Assembly: GCA_009928985.1 (NCBI GenBank)
Contig: SABL01000001.1
Span: 3,023 to 67,022 of the forward strand
Direction of reading: 5' to 3'
DNA: 64,000 nucleotides
DNA from: Clostridia bacterium
Lineage (GTDB): Bacteria > Bacillota > Clostridia > Saccharofermentanales > UBA5734
Made by a program: the position numbers and the translations under genes. The first letter of the stretch is position 1. The number at the start of each line of letters is the position of its first letter. Below, one piece after another: positions 9,587-18,366 of the stretch. The notes under the pieces are model-generated. The model saw only the letters and a list, made by a program, of their open reading frames with translations. It had not been told where the DNA came from and did no database searches.

Positions 9587-10842
9587 CCAGAATCGGCATG
9601 GTCGGTGGGACCTTTGATCCCTTTCACAACGGGCATCGCCGGCTGGTTGAAGCGGTCCTGGAATCAGGCCTGGTCGACCGGGTGATTTTGATGGTCGCCG
9701 GCCAGCAGCCACACAAGACCAAGGTAAAGGTCTCTGCTGCCGGCTATCGCTATGAAATGGCTTTGCGCGGTGTCTCAGATCTCGGCCAAGTCGAGGTTTC
9801 CGATTTGGAAATCAGACGTCCAGGTCGTTCGTATACCATAGACACATTGTCACTTTTGCGCGGACAATTGGCTCCGGATGATGAGATCATCCTCGTCTAT
9901 GGTTCGGATGTGCTCTTTGATCTGCCCACCTGGCATTTGCCGGAGAAAATCCTTGCCAAAGCGGACTTGCTGATTGCCCATCGTGGTGGCATCAGCCAGC
10001 TGGAGGCAAAGGCTCAGGCGGAACGTCTGCGCCGGAACTTCTCGGCCCGGATCGACTTCCTGCACGCCCCCATGCTTGAGCTTTCGGCGACTGAAGTCCG
10101 GGCAGATGCTGTCAGGGGAGACCTGGACACCGGAAAAATCCCGGAACGCGTCGCAGCTTTGATCACACGGCATGACCTGTATGGCTATGACGAGGAATTG
10201 GCCCGTGTGGAACCTGCGGTCTGGCAACGACTGGCAGATTATGAATGCCAGGTCAGGCCTTTGCTGAACCACAAGCGGCTGCTCCATTCGCTCAATGTCA
10301 TGCGCTACGCGATGCATCTGGCCAACAAGCACGATGTTTCGGTCGAAAAAGCTGGTATTGCCGGTCTGATGCATGATTGTGCCAAATGCCTCGAGGCTCA
10401 TACGGTGCTTCATTATGCTCGACTGGCTGGAGATCCCGAATTGCTGGAGCCGGCCCTGGCCCATGGCCCGGCGGGGGCGTGGCTGGCCCGGCACCAGTTT
10501 GGCATTGAGGACCCTGAGATCCTCAGGGCTATCCACTACCATACCACAGGCAGCGGTGAGATGTCGGACCTGGATCTGCTGATCTACGTGGCTGACAAAG
10601 TCGAGCCCGCACGGACTTACAACAATCTCGAGGCCATCCGCGAGGCGGCAGAAACCGATCTGGTCCAGGCCATGCGTTTGTGCCTGATCGAAGTCGAAGC
10701 TTTCCTCGAGCGCGAAAACAAGCCATCCCATCCCTATGCCCAGGCAGCATTGGAGAAACTGGGTATCATCGACCATCATCCGGCACAGCTGCAACGCAAG
10801 CAACCAGGTGCATCCTGGAACAATAAAGGAGAATCAAATTGA
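9583..10842 (+). CDS. nadD: fusion of nicotinate-nucleotide adenylyltransferase (NadD) and a YqeK-type HD phosphohydrolase
   Basis: The N-terminal half has GGTFDPFHNGH. The C-terminal half has HD-domain motifs (HSLNV, LMHDCAK, HYHTTG, YVADKVEP). GTG start overlaps the purD stop (GTGA). Confidence 0.85.
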   Translation: MTRIGMVGGTFDPFHNGHRRLVEAVLESGLVDRVILMVAGQQPHKTKVKVSAAGYRYEMALRGVSDLGQVEVSDLEIRRPGRSYTIDTLSLLRGQLAPDDEIILVYGSDVLFDLPTWHLPEKILAKADLLIAHRGGISQLEAKAQAERLRRNFSARIDFLHAPMLELSATEVRADAVRGDLDTGKIPERVAALITRHDLYGYDEELARVEPAVWQRLADYECQVRPLLNHKRLLHSLNVMRYAMHLANKHDVSVEKAGIAGLMHDCAKCLEAHTVLHYARLAGDPELLEPALAHGPAGAWLARHQFGIEDPEILRAIHYHTTGSGEMSDLDLLIYVADKVEPARTYNNLEAIREAAETDLVQAMRLCLIEVEAFLERENKPSHPYAQAALEKLGIIDHHPAQLQRKQPGASWNNKGESN

Positions 10843-11177
10843 CTGCATCAGATTTAGCTCAGAAAATCAAAACCATCCTGGATGACAAGAAAGCCAAGGA
10901 CATTGATGTCATTGATGTCTCGGACAAGACGATCCTGGCAGATTATTTTGTCATTGCCACCGGTACATCGACCACTCATGTCAAGGCATTGGCTGATGAA
11001 GTCGAGTATTTGCTCAAGGAAAAAGATCAACGCCTGGTAGACCACGTCGAGGGGTTTGAATCCTCTCGCTGGATTCTCCTCGATTATGGTGATGTTGTCG
11101 TTCATGTCTTCCACAGCGAGGAACGAGACTTCTACAGCCTGGAGAAACTCTGGCAGCAGAGCCGCAGCCGGACTTGA
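10839..11177 (+). CDS. rsfS: ribosome silencing factor RsfS (iojap family)
   Basis: Motifs ADYFVIATGTSTTHVKALAD and VVHVFHSEERDFYSLEKLW. TTG start after AAAGGAGA, overlapping the nadD-yqeK stop. Confidence 0.9.
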   Translation: MTASDLAQKIKTILDDKKAKDIDVIDVSDKTILADYFVIATGTSTTHVKALADEVEYLLKEKDQRLVDHVEGFESSRWILLDYGDVVVHVFHSEERDFYSLEKLWQQSRSRT

Positions 11178-11329
11178 TTTTGTCGATTCGAGCCGGCCTT
11201 CAATTCCCTCCAGCTGTAGGGTCTGCCAATTTTTGAGTCGAATTCTGTCGTGATTTGTCGTTCGAAAGAGGGGAGGGGAACCTGCCCTCTTTGCTATGCT
11301 GGAGCATGATCTTCCAGGGAGAATGATTC

Positions 11330-11968
11330 ATGCACACGATCGAATTGAAGCGGCACTCTTTTTACATCCTGATCGGAATCTGCCTGTTCTCGCTGGCAGC
11401 TGTCGCGTTTGAACTCAGGCGCGCCCAAGCCGGTGGAATCGAGATCATTGCCCAGGAGGCGACGCAAGCAAACCACTCAGGGTCGTATCCCGCAGGCCCG
11501 CTGCCTGCTGATTCAAGCCCGGAACAGGATTTTGTTCCGGTCTATCTTGTCGGAGCCGTCGAAGATCCAGGGATCTACCTCGTTGCCCGGGGCAGCTACT
11601 TGTACGAACTTGTGGAACGTGCGGGTGGACTGAGCGAAGATGCAGCAGGAGATGTCATCAACCTGGCCCTGGCTATTACGGAAAATTGCCACATCCGGAT
11701 CCCGACCAGAGCAGAGGTGGCAGGAGATCCGGCCACAAGCGACATCCTGGTCACGGCACAGGCATCAGGTGTCCAGAAGATCAACATCAACCAGGCCTCA
11801 CTGGAAGAACTGGACCAGCTGCCCGGAATCGGTCCGGCCACCGCCAAGGCCATCCTTGATTACAGGGAGAGGAACGGTCCGTTCAAGAGCAAAGAAGATC
11901 TGATGAAGGTCTCTGGCATCAAGCAAAGCCGGCTCGATGCCATCAGCGATTTGATCACCCTTGCCTGA
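11330..11968 (+). CDS. comEA: ComEA-type DNA-binding competence protein (membrane anchor, SLBB-like region, helix-hairpin-helix)
   Basis: N-terminal TM segment and a C-terminal HhH region INQASLEELDQLPGIGPATAKAILDYRERNGPFKSKEDL. Confidence 0.8.
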   Translation: MHTIELKRHSFYILIGICLFSLAAVAFELRRAQAGGIEIIAQEATQANHSGSYPAGPLPADSSPEQDFVPVYLVGAVEDPGIYLVARGSYLYELVERAGGLSEDAAGDVINLALAITENCHIRIPTRAEVAGDPATSDILVTAQASGVQKININQASLEELDQLPGIGPATAKAILDYRERNGPFKSKEDLMKVSGIKQSRLDAISDLITLA

Positions 11969-12032
11969 GCAAAAACGCGCATGCAATCAGGACGCAGATG
12001 ATTCGGGTTTCCATGATGGAATCCAGTCATAA

Positions 12033-12061
12033 TTTACAAAACCAGCGAGATTGATTATCAT
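12033..12061 (+). promoter_or_regulatory. possible sigma-A promoter for thrS
   Basis: TTTACA, 17 nt spacer, TATCAT, located ~55 nt upstream of the thrS ATG. Confidence 0.3.
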
Positions 12062-12114
12062 AGAATAGCCTGTCCAGATTGTCCTATATTTGACTGGCAG
12101 GCGCGGAGGTAACC

Positions 12115-13890
12115 ATGTCAGATTTTTCCGATGCGTCCTATCGTCACGCATTTCGCCATACGTCATCGCATATCCTGGCCCACGCGGTCAAACGGTTGTA
12201 TCCCCAGACTAGACTGGCCATTGGTCCTGCCATCGAATCAGGCTATTATTATGATTTTGACCGTGACGAACCCTTTTCACCAGAGGAACTGGGCAAGATT
12301 GAAGATGAGATGAAAAAAATCGTCAAGGCCAACTATCCGATCGAGCGCTTTGAATTGCCTCGTGAGGAAGCAAAAGCCTTGATGGCTGGGTCCGGGGAGA
12401 CTTATAAGGTTGAATTGATTGATGACTTGCCGGCAGATGCGGTGATCAGTTTCTATCGTCAGGGTGATTTTGTCGATTTGTGTGCCGGCCCTCATCTGGC
12501 ATCTACCGGAGAGGTCAAAGCATTCAAGTTGACTCAAGTGGCCGGTGCTTACTGGCGCGGCAGCGAGAAAAATAAAATGCTGCAGCGGATTTATGGCACC
12601 AGTTTTCCGGATAAACAGCAGCTCAAGGACTATCTTGAGCAGCAAGAGGAAGCCAAAAAGCGCGACCATAACAAACTGGGTCGCGAACTGGGGTATTTTA
12701 CGACCGTCGACTACATTGGCCAGGGGCTGCCGATTCTGCTGCCGAAGGGTGCCCGCACCATCCAGCTCTTGCAGCGCTTTGTCGAGGATGAGGAGGAACG
12801 CCGCGGCTACCAGCTGACGAAGACCCCCTTCATGGCCAAGTCCGATTTGTATAAAATCTCTGGCCACTGGCACCACTACCGCGATGGCATGTTCATTATC
12901 GGTGACCCCGAGAAGGCGGATACCGAGGAAGTTCTCGCTTTGCGTCCGATGACATGCCCGTTCCAGTTCCAGGCTTTTCTGACCAAGACCCGCAGCTATC
13001 GTGACCTGCCGATTCGCTACGGTGAAACGTCGACCTTGTTCCGCAACGAATCATCCGGTGAAATGCACGGCCTGATCCGGGTGCGCCAGTTCACCATTTC
13101 CGAAGGCCACCTGATCTGCACCCCAGATCAGCTGGAACAGGAATTCAGGGGAGCCCTGGACCTGGCCAACTTCATGCTCCAGGCTGTCGGTCTGGATGAT
13201 GATGTCAGTTATCGTTTCTCGCTCTGGGATGAATCCAACCGGGAGAAATACATCGGTTCAGCTGAGGAATGGGAGTCTGTCCAGGGGACCATGCGCCAGA
13301 TCCTCGACCATGCGAAGATTCCCTATGTCGAGGGTGTTGGTGAAGCCGCTTTCTATGGCCCGAAACTGGACATCCAGATCCGCAATGTTTTTGGCAAGGA
13401 AGATACCCTGATTACCATCCAGATCGACTTCCAGCTGGCTGAACGCTTCGGCATGGACTACACAGACCGGGATGGTGAAAAGCGCCACCCCTACATCATC
13501 CACCGCACGTCCATCGGCTGCTATGAACGCACGCTGGCCTTGCTGATCGAGAAATATGCCGGTGCCTTGCCACTGTGGATCGCGCCTGAGCAAGCCAGGG
13601 TCCTGCCGATTTCCGAGCGGCACCTTGAGGCAGCCAAATCCATCGCTCATCGCATGAGACAAGCTGGACTGAGGATTGAGATTGACAGCCGGGACGAGAA
13701 GATCGGCAAGAAGATTCGCGAAGCCCAGATGGACAAGCTCCAGTACATGCTGGTCCTCGGTGATGCCGAGATCGAGACAGACAGTCTGGCGGTCCGTTCC
13801 CGCAAGGATGGGGACCTTGGTGTCATGAAAATCGACGCGGTCATCGAGAAACTTGTCCAGGAAGTCAACAGCCGGTATATAGCCCGCTAA
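12115..13890 (+). CDS. thrS: threonine--tRNA ligase lacking the N-terminal TGS domain
   Basis: The protein opens directly in the editing domain (FRHTSSHILAHAVKRLYP) and continues through the class II catalytic core and anticodon-binding domain. It is 591 aa against ~640 aa for canonical bacterial ThrRS. Confidence 0.95.
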   Translation: MSDFSDASYRHAFRHTSSHILAHAVKRLYPQTRLAIGPAIESGYYYDFDRDEPFSPEELGKIEDEMKKIVKANYPIERFELPREEAKALMAGSGETYKVELIDDLPADAVISFYRQGDFVDLCAGPHLASTGEVKAFKLTQVAGAYWRGSEKNKMLQRIYGTSFPDKQQLKDYLEQQEEAKKRDHNKLGRELGYFTTVDYIGQGLPILLPKGARTIQLLQRFVEDEEERRGYQLTKTPFMAKSDLYKISGHWHHYRDGMFIIGDPEKADTEEVLALRPMTCPFQFQAFLTKTRSYRDLPIRYGETSTLFRNESSGEMHGLIRVRQFTISEGHLICTPDQLEQEFRGALDLANFMLQAVGLDDDVSYRFSLWDESNREKYIGSAEEWESVQGTMRQILDHAKIPYVEGVGEAAFYGPKLDIQIRNVFGKEDTLITIQIDFQLAERFGMDYTDRDGEKRHPYIIHRTSIGCYERTLALLIEKYAGALPLWIAPEQARVLPISERHLEAAKSIAHRMRQAGLRIEIDSRDEKIGKKIREAQMDKLQYMLVLGDAEIETDSLAVRSRKDGDLGVMKIDAVIEKLVQEVNSRYIAR

Positions 13891-13961
13891 TCCAATCCTT
13901 GCCAACTTTTGCATCTGCTGACCCGGGGATCCATAGATCTTGGCGAAGTTCGAAAAGTCCC

Positions 13962-13990
13962 TTGACACTGTGGTTTTTTATCAGTAGAAT
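13962..13990 (+). promoter_or_regulatory. sigma-A promoter for tRNA-Pro
   Basis: TTGACA, 17 nt spacer, TAGAAT, located 12 nt upstream of the tRNA 5' end. Confidence 0.6.
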
Positions 13991-14002
13991 AGCAAAAGTC
14001 AA

Positions 14003-14078
14003 CGGGGTGTGGCTCAGGTGGTAGAGCGCTTGGTTCGGGACCAAGAGGCCGGAGGTTCAAGTCCTCTCACTCCGACCA
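14003..14078 (+). tRNA. tRNA-Pro (anticodon CGG), CCA encoded
   Basis: Hand-folded cloverleaf. Acceptor CGGGGTG/CACTCCG, anticodon loop TTCGGGA, T-loop TTCAAGT. Confidence 0.95.
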
Positions 14079-14087
14079 GTAACAACA

Positions 14088-14137
14088 GACGACCAGTTTC
14101 CTGCAGGTAATGCCAGAAGGAACGGGTCGTTTTTGTT
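14088..14137 (+). terminator. rho-independent terminator after tRNA-Pro
   Basis: About 12 bp of interrupted stem (ACGACC.GTT.CC / GG.AAC.GGTCGT) followed by TTTTTGTTG. Confidence 0.7.
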
Positions 14138-14209
14138 GTGTTACCAGATCGCTTTGCTTATACTGGTGGTTGCAAGCAAGTTTTTCAGACAGGAAGGATG
14201 ACTTGAGTC

Positions 14210-15040
14210 ATGAGCTGTGCAGATGATCTTTTCATTGCCAATTGCCATCAAATATTGAGTGAGGGGTACGATGAGACCGGCAACGATGTCCGTCCGCGCT
14301 GGGAGGATGGTACCCCTGCCTACACCATCAAATCGTTCGGAATCGTCAACCGGTACAATCTGGCTGAAGAATTCCCGATCCTGACCTTGCGTCCGATCAA
14401 TTTCAAGGCAGCCATCGATGAACTGCTTTGGATCTGGCAGAAAAAGTCGAACCGGGTTGCTGATTTGAACAGCCACATCTGGGACAACTGGGCCGATGAG
14501 CAGGGCACGATCGGCAAAGCTTATGGTTACCAGCTGGCACAAAAAGCAATCTACAAAGAAGGGGAATTCGACCAGGTCGACCGCCTGCTCTATGATCTCA
14601 AGCACAATCCCAGCAGCAGGAGAATGCTGACCAACCTGTACAATCACCAGGACCTGCATGCGATGCAGCTCTATCCCTGCGCCTATAGCCTGACCCTCAA
14701 CGTGTCGGGAAACAAGCTCAATGCCATTCTCAACCAGCGTTCCCAGGATATGCTGGTCGCCAACAGCTGGAATGTCACCCAGTACGCAGTTCTTGTCCAC
14801 CTGTTTGCGCAGGTCAGTGGTCTTGCGGTTGGCGAGCTGGTCCATGTCATTGCCGATGCCCACATCTATGACCGGCATATCCCTTTGGTCCGGGAACTCA
14901 TTGCCCGCACGTCCTTTCCAGCCCCGGTCTTGTGGATCAATCCAGAGGTCAAGGACTTCTACCAGTTCACTGTCGCTGATATCGAACTGAATGACTATCA
15001 GACCGGTGAGAAAATGACCCGTATCCCTGTGGCGGTCTAA
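14210..15040 (+). CDS. thyA: thymidylate synthase (B. subtilis ThyA / phage-like type)
   Basis: Motifs ELLWIWQKKSN, SSRRMLTNLYN, catalytic LYPCAY, and C-terminal WINPEVKDFYQFT...PVAV. Confidence 0.95.
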   Translation: MSCADDLFIANCHQILSEGYDETGNDVRPRWEDGTPAYTIKSFGIVNRYNLAEEFPILTLRPINFKAAIDELLWIWQKKSNRVADLNSHIWDNWADEQGTIGKAYGYQLAQKAIYKEGEFDQVDRLLYDLKHNPSSRRMLTNLYNHQDLHAMQLYPCAYSLTLNVSGNKLNAILNQRSQDMLVANSWNVTQYAVLVHLFAQVSGLAVGELVHVIADAHIYDRHIPLVRELIARTSFPAPVLWINPEVKDFYQFTVADIELNDYQTGEKMTRIPVAV

Positions 15041-15044
15041 CGCC

Positions 15045-15539
15045 ATGGATGCGATTGTAGCAGTAGACCTGGCTTGGGGGATCGGTTACCGGGATGACTT
15101 GCTGTTCAGGATCAAGGCCGACCTGAAGCGGTTCAAAGAAATGACGTCAGGCCAGATTGTCATCCTCGGACGTAAGACACTTGCGACTTTCCCGGGGGGG
15201 CGTCCCTTGCCGTCAAGAATCAATCTGGTTGTTTCCAGAAACCGGTCATTGGAAATCAATGGTGCTACAGTCTGCCACAACCGTGAAGAGGTTCTCGCAG
15301 CTGTTGCCCGCCACCCGGACAAGCACGTTTATGTGATTGGTGGCAGCAGCATCTACCGTGAATTCCTGCCTGACTGCCATCGCGTTTATGTCACCCGCAT
15401 CCATCGTCAGCAACAGGCAGACACGTATTTCCCCAACTTGGATGAAATGCCTGCATGGCAGTGCGTTTTAACTGAACCAGACCTGGAAGAAAACGGATTG
15501 GTTTTCAACTATAGGGTCTATGAAAAAGTCGATGCTTAA
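15045..15539 (+). CDS. folA: dihydrofolate reductase
   Basis: Motifs IVAVDLAWGIGYRDDLLF, LGRKT and VIGGSSIY, 164 aa. Starts 4 nt after thyA. Confidence 0.9.
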   Translation: MDAIVAVDLAWGIGYRDDLLFRIKADLKRFKEMTSGQIVILGRKTLATFPGGRPLPSRINLVVSRNRSLEINGATVCHNREEVLAAVARHPDKHVYVIGGSSIYREFLPDCHRVYVTRIHRQQQADTYFPNLDEMPAWQCVLTEPDLEENGLVFNYRVYEKVDA

Positions 15540-17013
15540 AGGGTCTCTCGGTCAATGGATACTCGGGCTTAGAACAGGCTTCCTGGTTCTGGCCTGCCTA
15601 TCCCTGGCAGCTTGTTCCTTGCCTGCTTCATCGAACTATCCAGAATTGCCTCTGCGCCCAGATGACCAGCCAGCTTCTTTGACGAGCCTTTCCGATCCCC
15701 GTACCACGGACCAAAATGATGATGGTACCAGCAGTCGCCAGCGGATCACTCTGCGCGTAGCAGGCCCCTGGCGATCAGATCATCTGGATCTTCTGGGCCG
15801 ATATTACGAACTGACCATGAACCAGGTCAGCACGCTCGGCCATGAGGACAGCAGTGGCAAGCTCATCAGCCTTGACTATCTATCTGCCTATGATTCCAAT
15901 CTGCGATTGGTGGCTGAGCCTTTCCCTCAGGCAACGTTTTTGTCGGACGAACTGGCCCGCACGTGGACCGCGGCTGGAAACTGGCCTGACCTGGTTTTGA
16001 CCGACCATTATTCAGCCTTTGAAGCCAGTCAGCTTCTCGATCTGACCCCGTATCTCATGGATGATAAGCGACTGGCCGCAGACAAAGTCAGCCCTGCTTT
16101 GCTGTCCGCAAGCCAGAGCCCACAAGGGTTACTCTATCTGCCTTGGCGCTTATCAGTCCCGGTCTTGCTGTACCATCCACGAGCGATTGCCGGCGCTGGC
16201 CTGGATCGTTACGATGAGGTGCCAAGCTGGCCGGAATTTGTCGAAACGTGTCACCAACTGTCGGCTGCAGCCAGCGAAAACGAATGGGTCCTGGCCAGTC
16301 CGGAAAATCTCTTGCCTATACTCCCGAGTGGCACGGATTCTCGTACTGGCTGGGCTGGCTGGGATGGTGCCCGCTATGATTTTTCCCAGCCTGAATTGAC
16401 CAGCAATATCCTGGCCTTGCGACACCTGGTCGCGGACGGAGCCACAGGCATTACAGCTTCCGTCAGCTACTCTGACTATCTTGCTGCGACAGAAGAGATG
16501 CTTGATAGCCGGTCCGTGGCCTTCCGGGCCATCGAATCCAGCCTGCTTGGTTCCCTTGACTCTGGCATGTCCGATCGCCTGGTTATACCACTTCCACGGA
16601 CGATGGCTTCTGCCAGCCCATATCCCGTTCATATCCAGGCTTTCAGTGTCAGTAAATCCACCAGCCAACCGGACTTGGCTTGCCAGATCGCAGCTTTTTT
16701 TGCAGCAGACCCGGATGCCCTGTACCTGCAAAATCGTTTGCTGCCGCAGCCTGGCCTCTTTCCGGTCGTCAGGGACAGGGAGGTGTGGAATGCCTTCCTG
16801 AGCCAAATCAGCGGACGTACAGGGGCACTGGATCAATTGCCAGATCTTCTGGAACATCCTGATCCAGGTGGTGCTTTCACGGTTCAAGACTGGAAATCTT
16901 TTCAACAAGATCTGACAGGTCCTCTGGCTTACCGCCTGCTGTCCGAACCAGACTTCCAGCCAGTCATCAGGGGCATGCAGCAAGACTGGGACCAGAGAGG
17001 GGAGGGTGGATAG
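15520..17013 (+). CDS. lipoprotein resembling a family-1 extracellular solute-binding protein (orphan)
   Basis: Signal peptide with lipobox LSLAAC|S. The mature part has an SBP-like pattern (WPDLVLTD, LLDLTPYL, LLYLPW, VPSWPEF). No permease or ATPase genes are nearby. Overlaps folA by 20 nt. Confidence 0.5.
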   Translation: MKKSMLKGSLGQWILGLRTGFLVLACLSLAACSLPASSNYPELPLRPDDQPASLTSLSDPRTTDQNDDGTSSRQRITLRVAGPWRSDHLDLLGRYYELTMNQVSTLGHEDSSGKLISLDYLSAYDSNLRLVAEPFPQATFLSDELARTWTAAGNWPDLVLTDHYSAFEASQLLDLTPYLMDDKRLAADKVSPALLSASQSPQGLLYLPWRLSVPVLLYHPRAIAGAGLDRYDEVPSWPEFVETCHQLSAAASENEWVLASPENLLPILPSGTDSRTGWAGWDGARYDFSQPELTSNILALRHLVADGATGITASVSYSDYLAATEEMLDSRSVAFRAIESSLLGSLDSGMSDRLVIPLPRTMASASPYPVHIQAFSVSKSTSQPDLACQIAAFFAADPDALYLQNRLLPQPGLFPVVRDREVWNAFLSQISGRTGALDQLPDLLEHPDPGGAFTVQDWKSFQQDLTGPLAYRLLSEPDFQPVIRGMQQDWDQRGEGG

Positions 17014-17559
17014 ATGACTCGTCAGCCGCATCTGTTGTCAAAGCCGATCCAGACTGTTTATGACGCTATCCTGACGTTTACGGCCGGGGCCCTTCATGTC
17101 CAGAGCACTGAGAAAGCCATTATCGGGATCGATTTCCTGGATCCAGACTTTCCAGGCGCCAGTCGTCCTGGTCGCCAGATGGTCGTGGATGATGCGCCTC
17201 CGTTGCTTGTGGACGCTTGCCGGCAACTTAAGGCTTATTTTTCCGGCCAGCTTCAGGAATTCACTGTTCCAATCGACATTCAGACAGGAACGATTTTCCA
17301 GCGCCAAGTCTGGGATCAACTGCGCCAGATTCCCTATGGTGCCACTTGGTCCTATGAAGATCTGGCTTACCGGATTGCCAAACCTGGCCAGATACCGCAT
17401 CAGTTGGCCAGGGCAGTGGGTGCTGCCTGTGCCGCCAACCCCATCCCTGTGATGATCCCCTGCCATCGTGTGATCGGCAAGAACGGCCGCCTGGTGGGTT
17501 TTGCTGGCGGAATCAACTTGAAAGCCTATTTGCTCAACCATGAAATGCTTGGTGTTTGA
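17014..17559 (+). CDS. ogt: methylated-DNA--protein-cysteine methyltransferase
   Basis: Active-site motif IPCHRVIG within IPVMIPCHRVIGKNGRLVGFAGG. The start directly abuts the stop of the lipoprotein gene (TAGATG). Confidence 0.9.
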   Translation: MTRQPHLLSKPIQTVYDAILTFTAGALHVQSTEKAIIGIDFLDPDFPGASRPGRQMVVDDAPPLLVDACRQLKAYFSGQLQEFTVPIDIQTGTIFQRQVWDQLRQIPYGATWSYEDLAYRIAKPGQIPHQLARAVGAACAANPIPVMIPCHRVIGKNGRLVGFAGGINLKAYLLNHEMLGV

Positions 17560-17571
17560 AAGTGAGAAACG

Positions 17572-18267
17572 ATGGACCAACAGTCTGATTTGAAAATGGA
17601 TCTATCACAGGCCCTGGCACCCAAAGTGGAACTGAATCCTTCGACGTTGCTGGCGCCTGTTCCGGTTGTTCTGGTATCCTGCTGTGGCCTGCCAGGGGAA
17701 GGCTATGATCAGGCCAACATGATCACGGTTGCCTGGGCTGGTACGATCAATTCCGAACCCCCCATGGTCTCTGTCTCAATCAGGCCTTCACGGTACTCCC
17801 ACACCCAGATCAGCCAAAGCCGGGAGTTTGTCATCAACCTTGTTAACGACAAAATCTTAAAAGCGACTGATTTTTGCGGGGTCAAATCTGGCCGGGACCT
17901 GGACAAATTTTCTGCCTGCAAGCTCAATGCCATCAAGGCCAGCCAGCTGCAACATGCACCTGCGGTTGCCCAGAGTCCCCTGACGCTATCCTGCCAAGTG
18001 GAACAGATCCTGCCCCTGGGTTCGCATGATCTCTTCCTGGCTCGCGTGGCCGCGGTTGAAGTGAGTCCTGCTTTACTCGATGCTGACAATCGTCTGCGCC
18101 TGGATAAGGCCAATCTGGTTGCCTATGCTCATGGCAATTATTATTCCTTGGGCAGACTGCTGGGTTTTTTCGGCTATTCCGTCGCCCGGCCACAAGTCTT
18201 GGCCAAACGAATGCCTCCATCACAAAAGAAAACGGCACATAAGAAAGGCAGATCCAGATCAAACTGA
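17572..18267 (+). CDS. flavin reductase-like (FMN-binding split-barrel) protein with a basic C-terminal tail
   Basis: Flavin_Reduct-like pattern PVPVVLVSC...NMITVAWAGTINSEPPMVSVSIRP. The tail is KRMPPSQKKTAHKKGRSRSN. Confidence 0.7.
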   Translation: MDQQSDLKMDLSQALAPKVELNPSTLLAPVPVVLVSCCGLPGEGYDQANMITVAWAGTINSEPPMVSVSIRPSRYSHTQISQSREFVINLVNDKILKATDFCGVKSGRDLDKFSACKLNAIKASQLQHAPAVAQSPLTLSCQVEQILPLGSHDLFLARVAAVEVSPALLDADNRLRLDKANLVAYAHGNYYSLGRLLGFFGYSVARPQVLAKRMPPSQKKTAHKKGRSRSN

Positions 18268-18303
18268 TTCTGAAACAATGACATATCAATGACCCCTTGG
18301 ACA

Positions 18304-18330
18304 TTAAAAAGGGCTGCCAGACGGCAGCCC
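18304..18330 (-). terminator. rho-independent terminator of pfp, also closing the converging plus-strand operon
   Basis: Hairpin GGGCTGCC-agac-GGCAGCCC followed on the minus strand by TTTTTAATG. Confidence 0.75.
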
Positions 18331-18366
18331 TTCCTGATTTATAAATGATTCATCCTGCAGAGTAGA

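Noticed and set aside
9850-10803. 317 aa minus-strand ORF opposite nadD-yqeK, plus similar long antisense ORFs at 16153..17031, 40538..41296, 53638..54636, 55123..56139 and 57442..58185
   Set aside because: All lie opposite genes with strong family motifs. They reflect the same shadow-ORF pattern that recurs across the window rather than overlapping genes.
14141-15046. 301 aa minus-strand ORF spanning all of thyA
   Set aside because: thyA on the plus strand matches thymidylate synthase motif for motif. The antisense ORF has no recognisable features.
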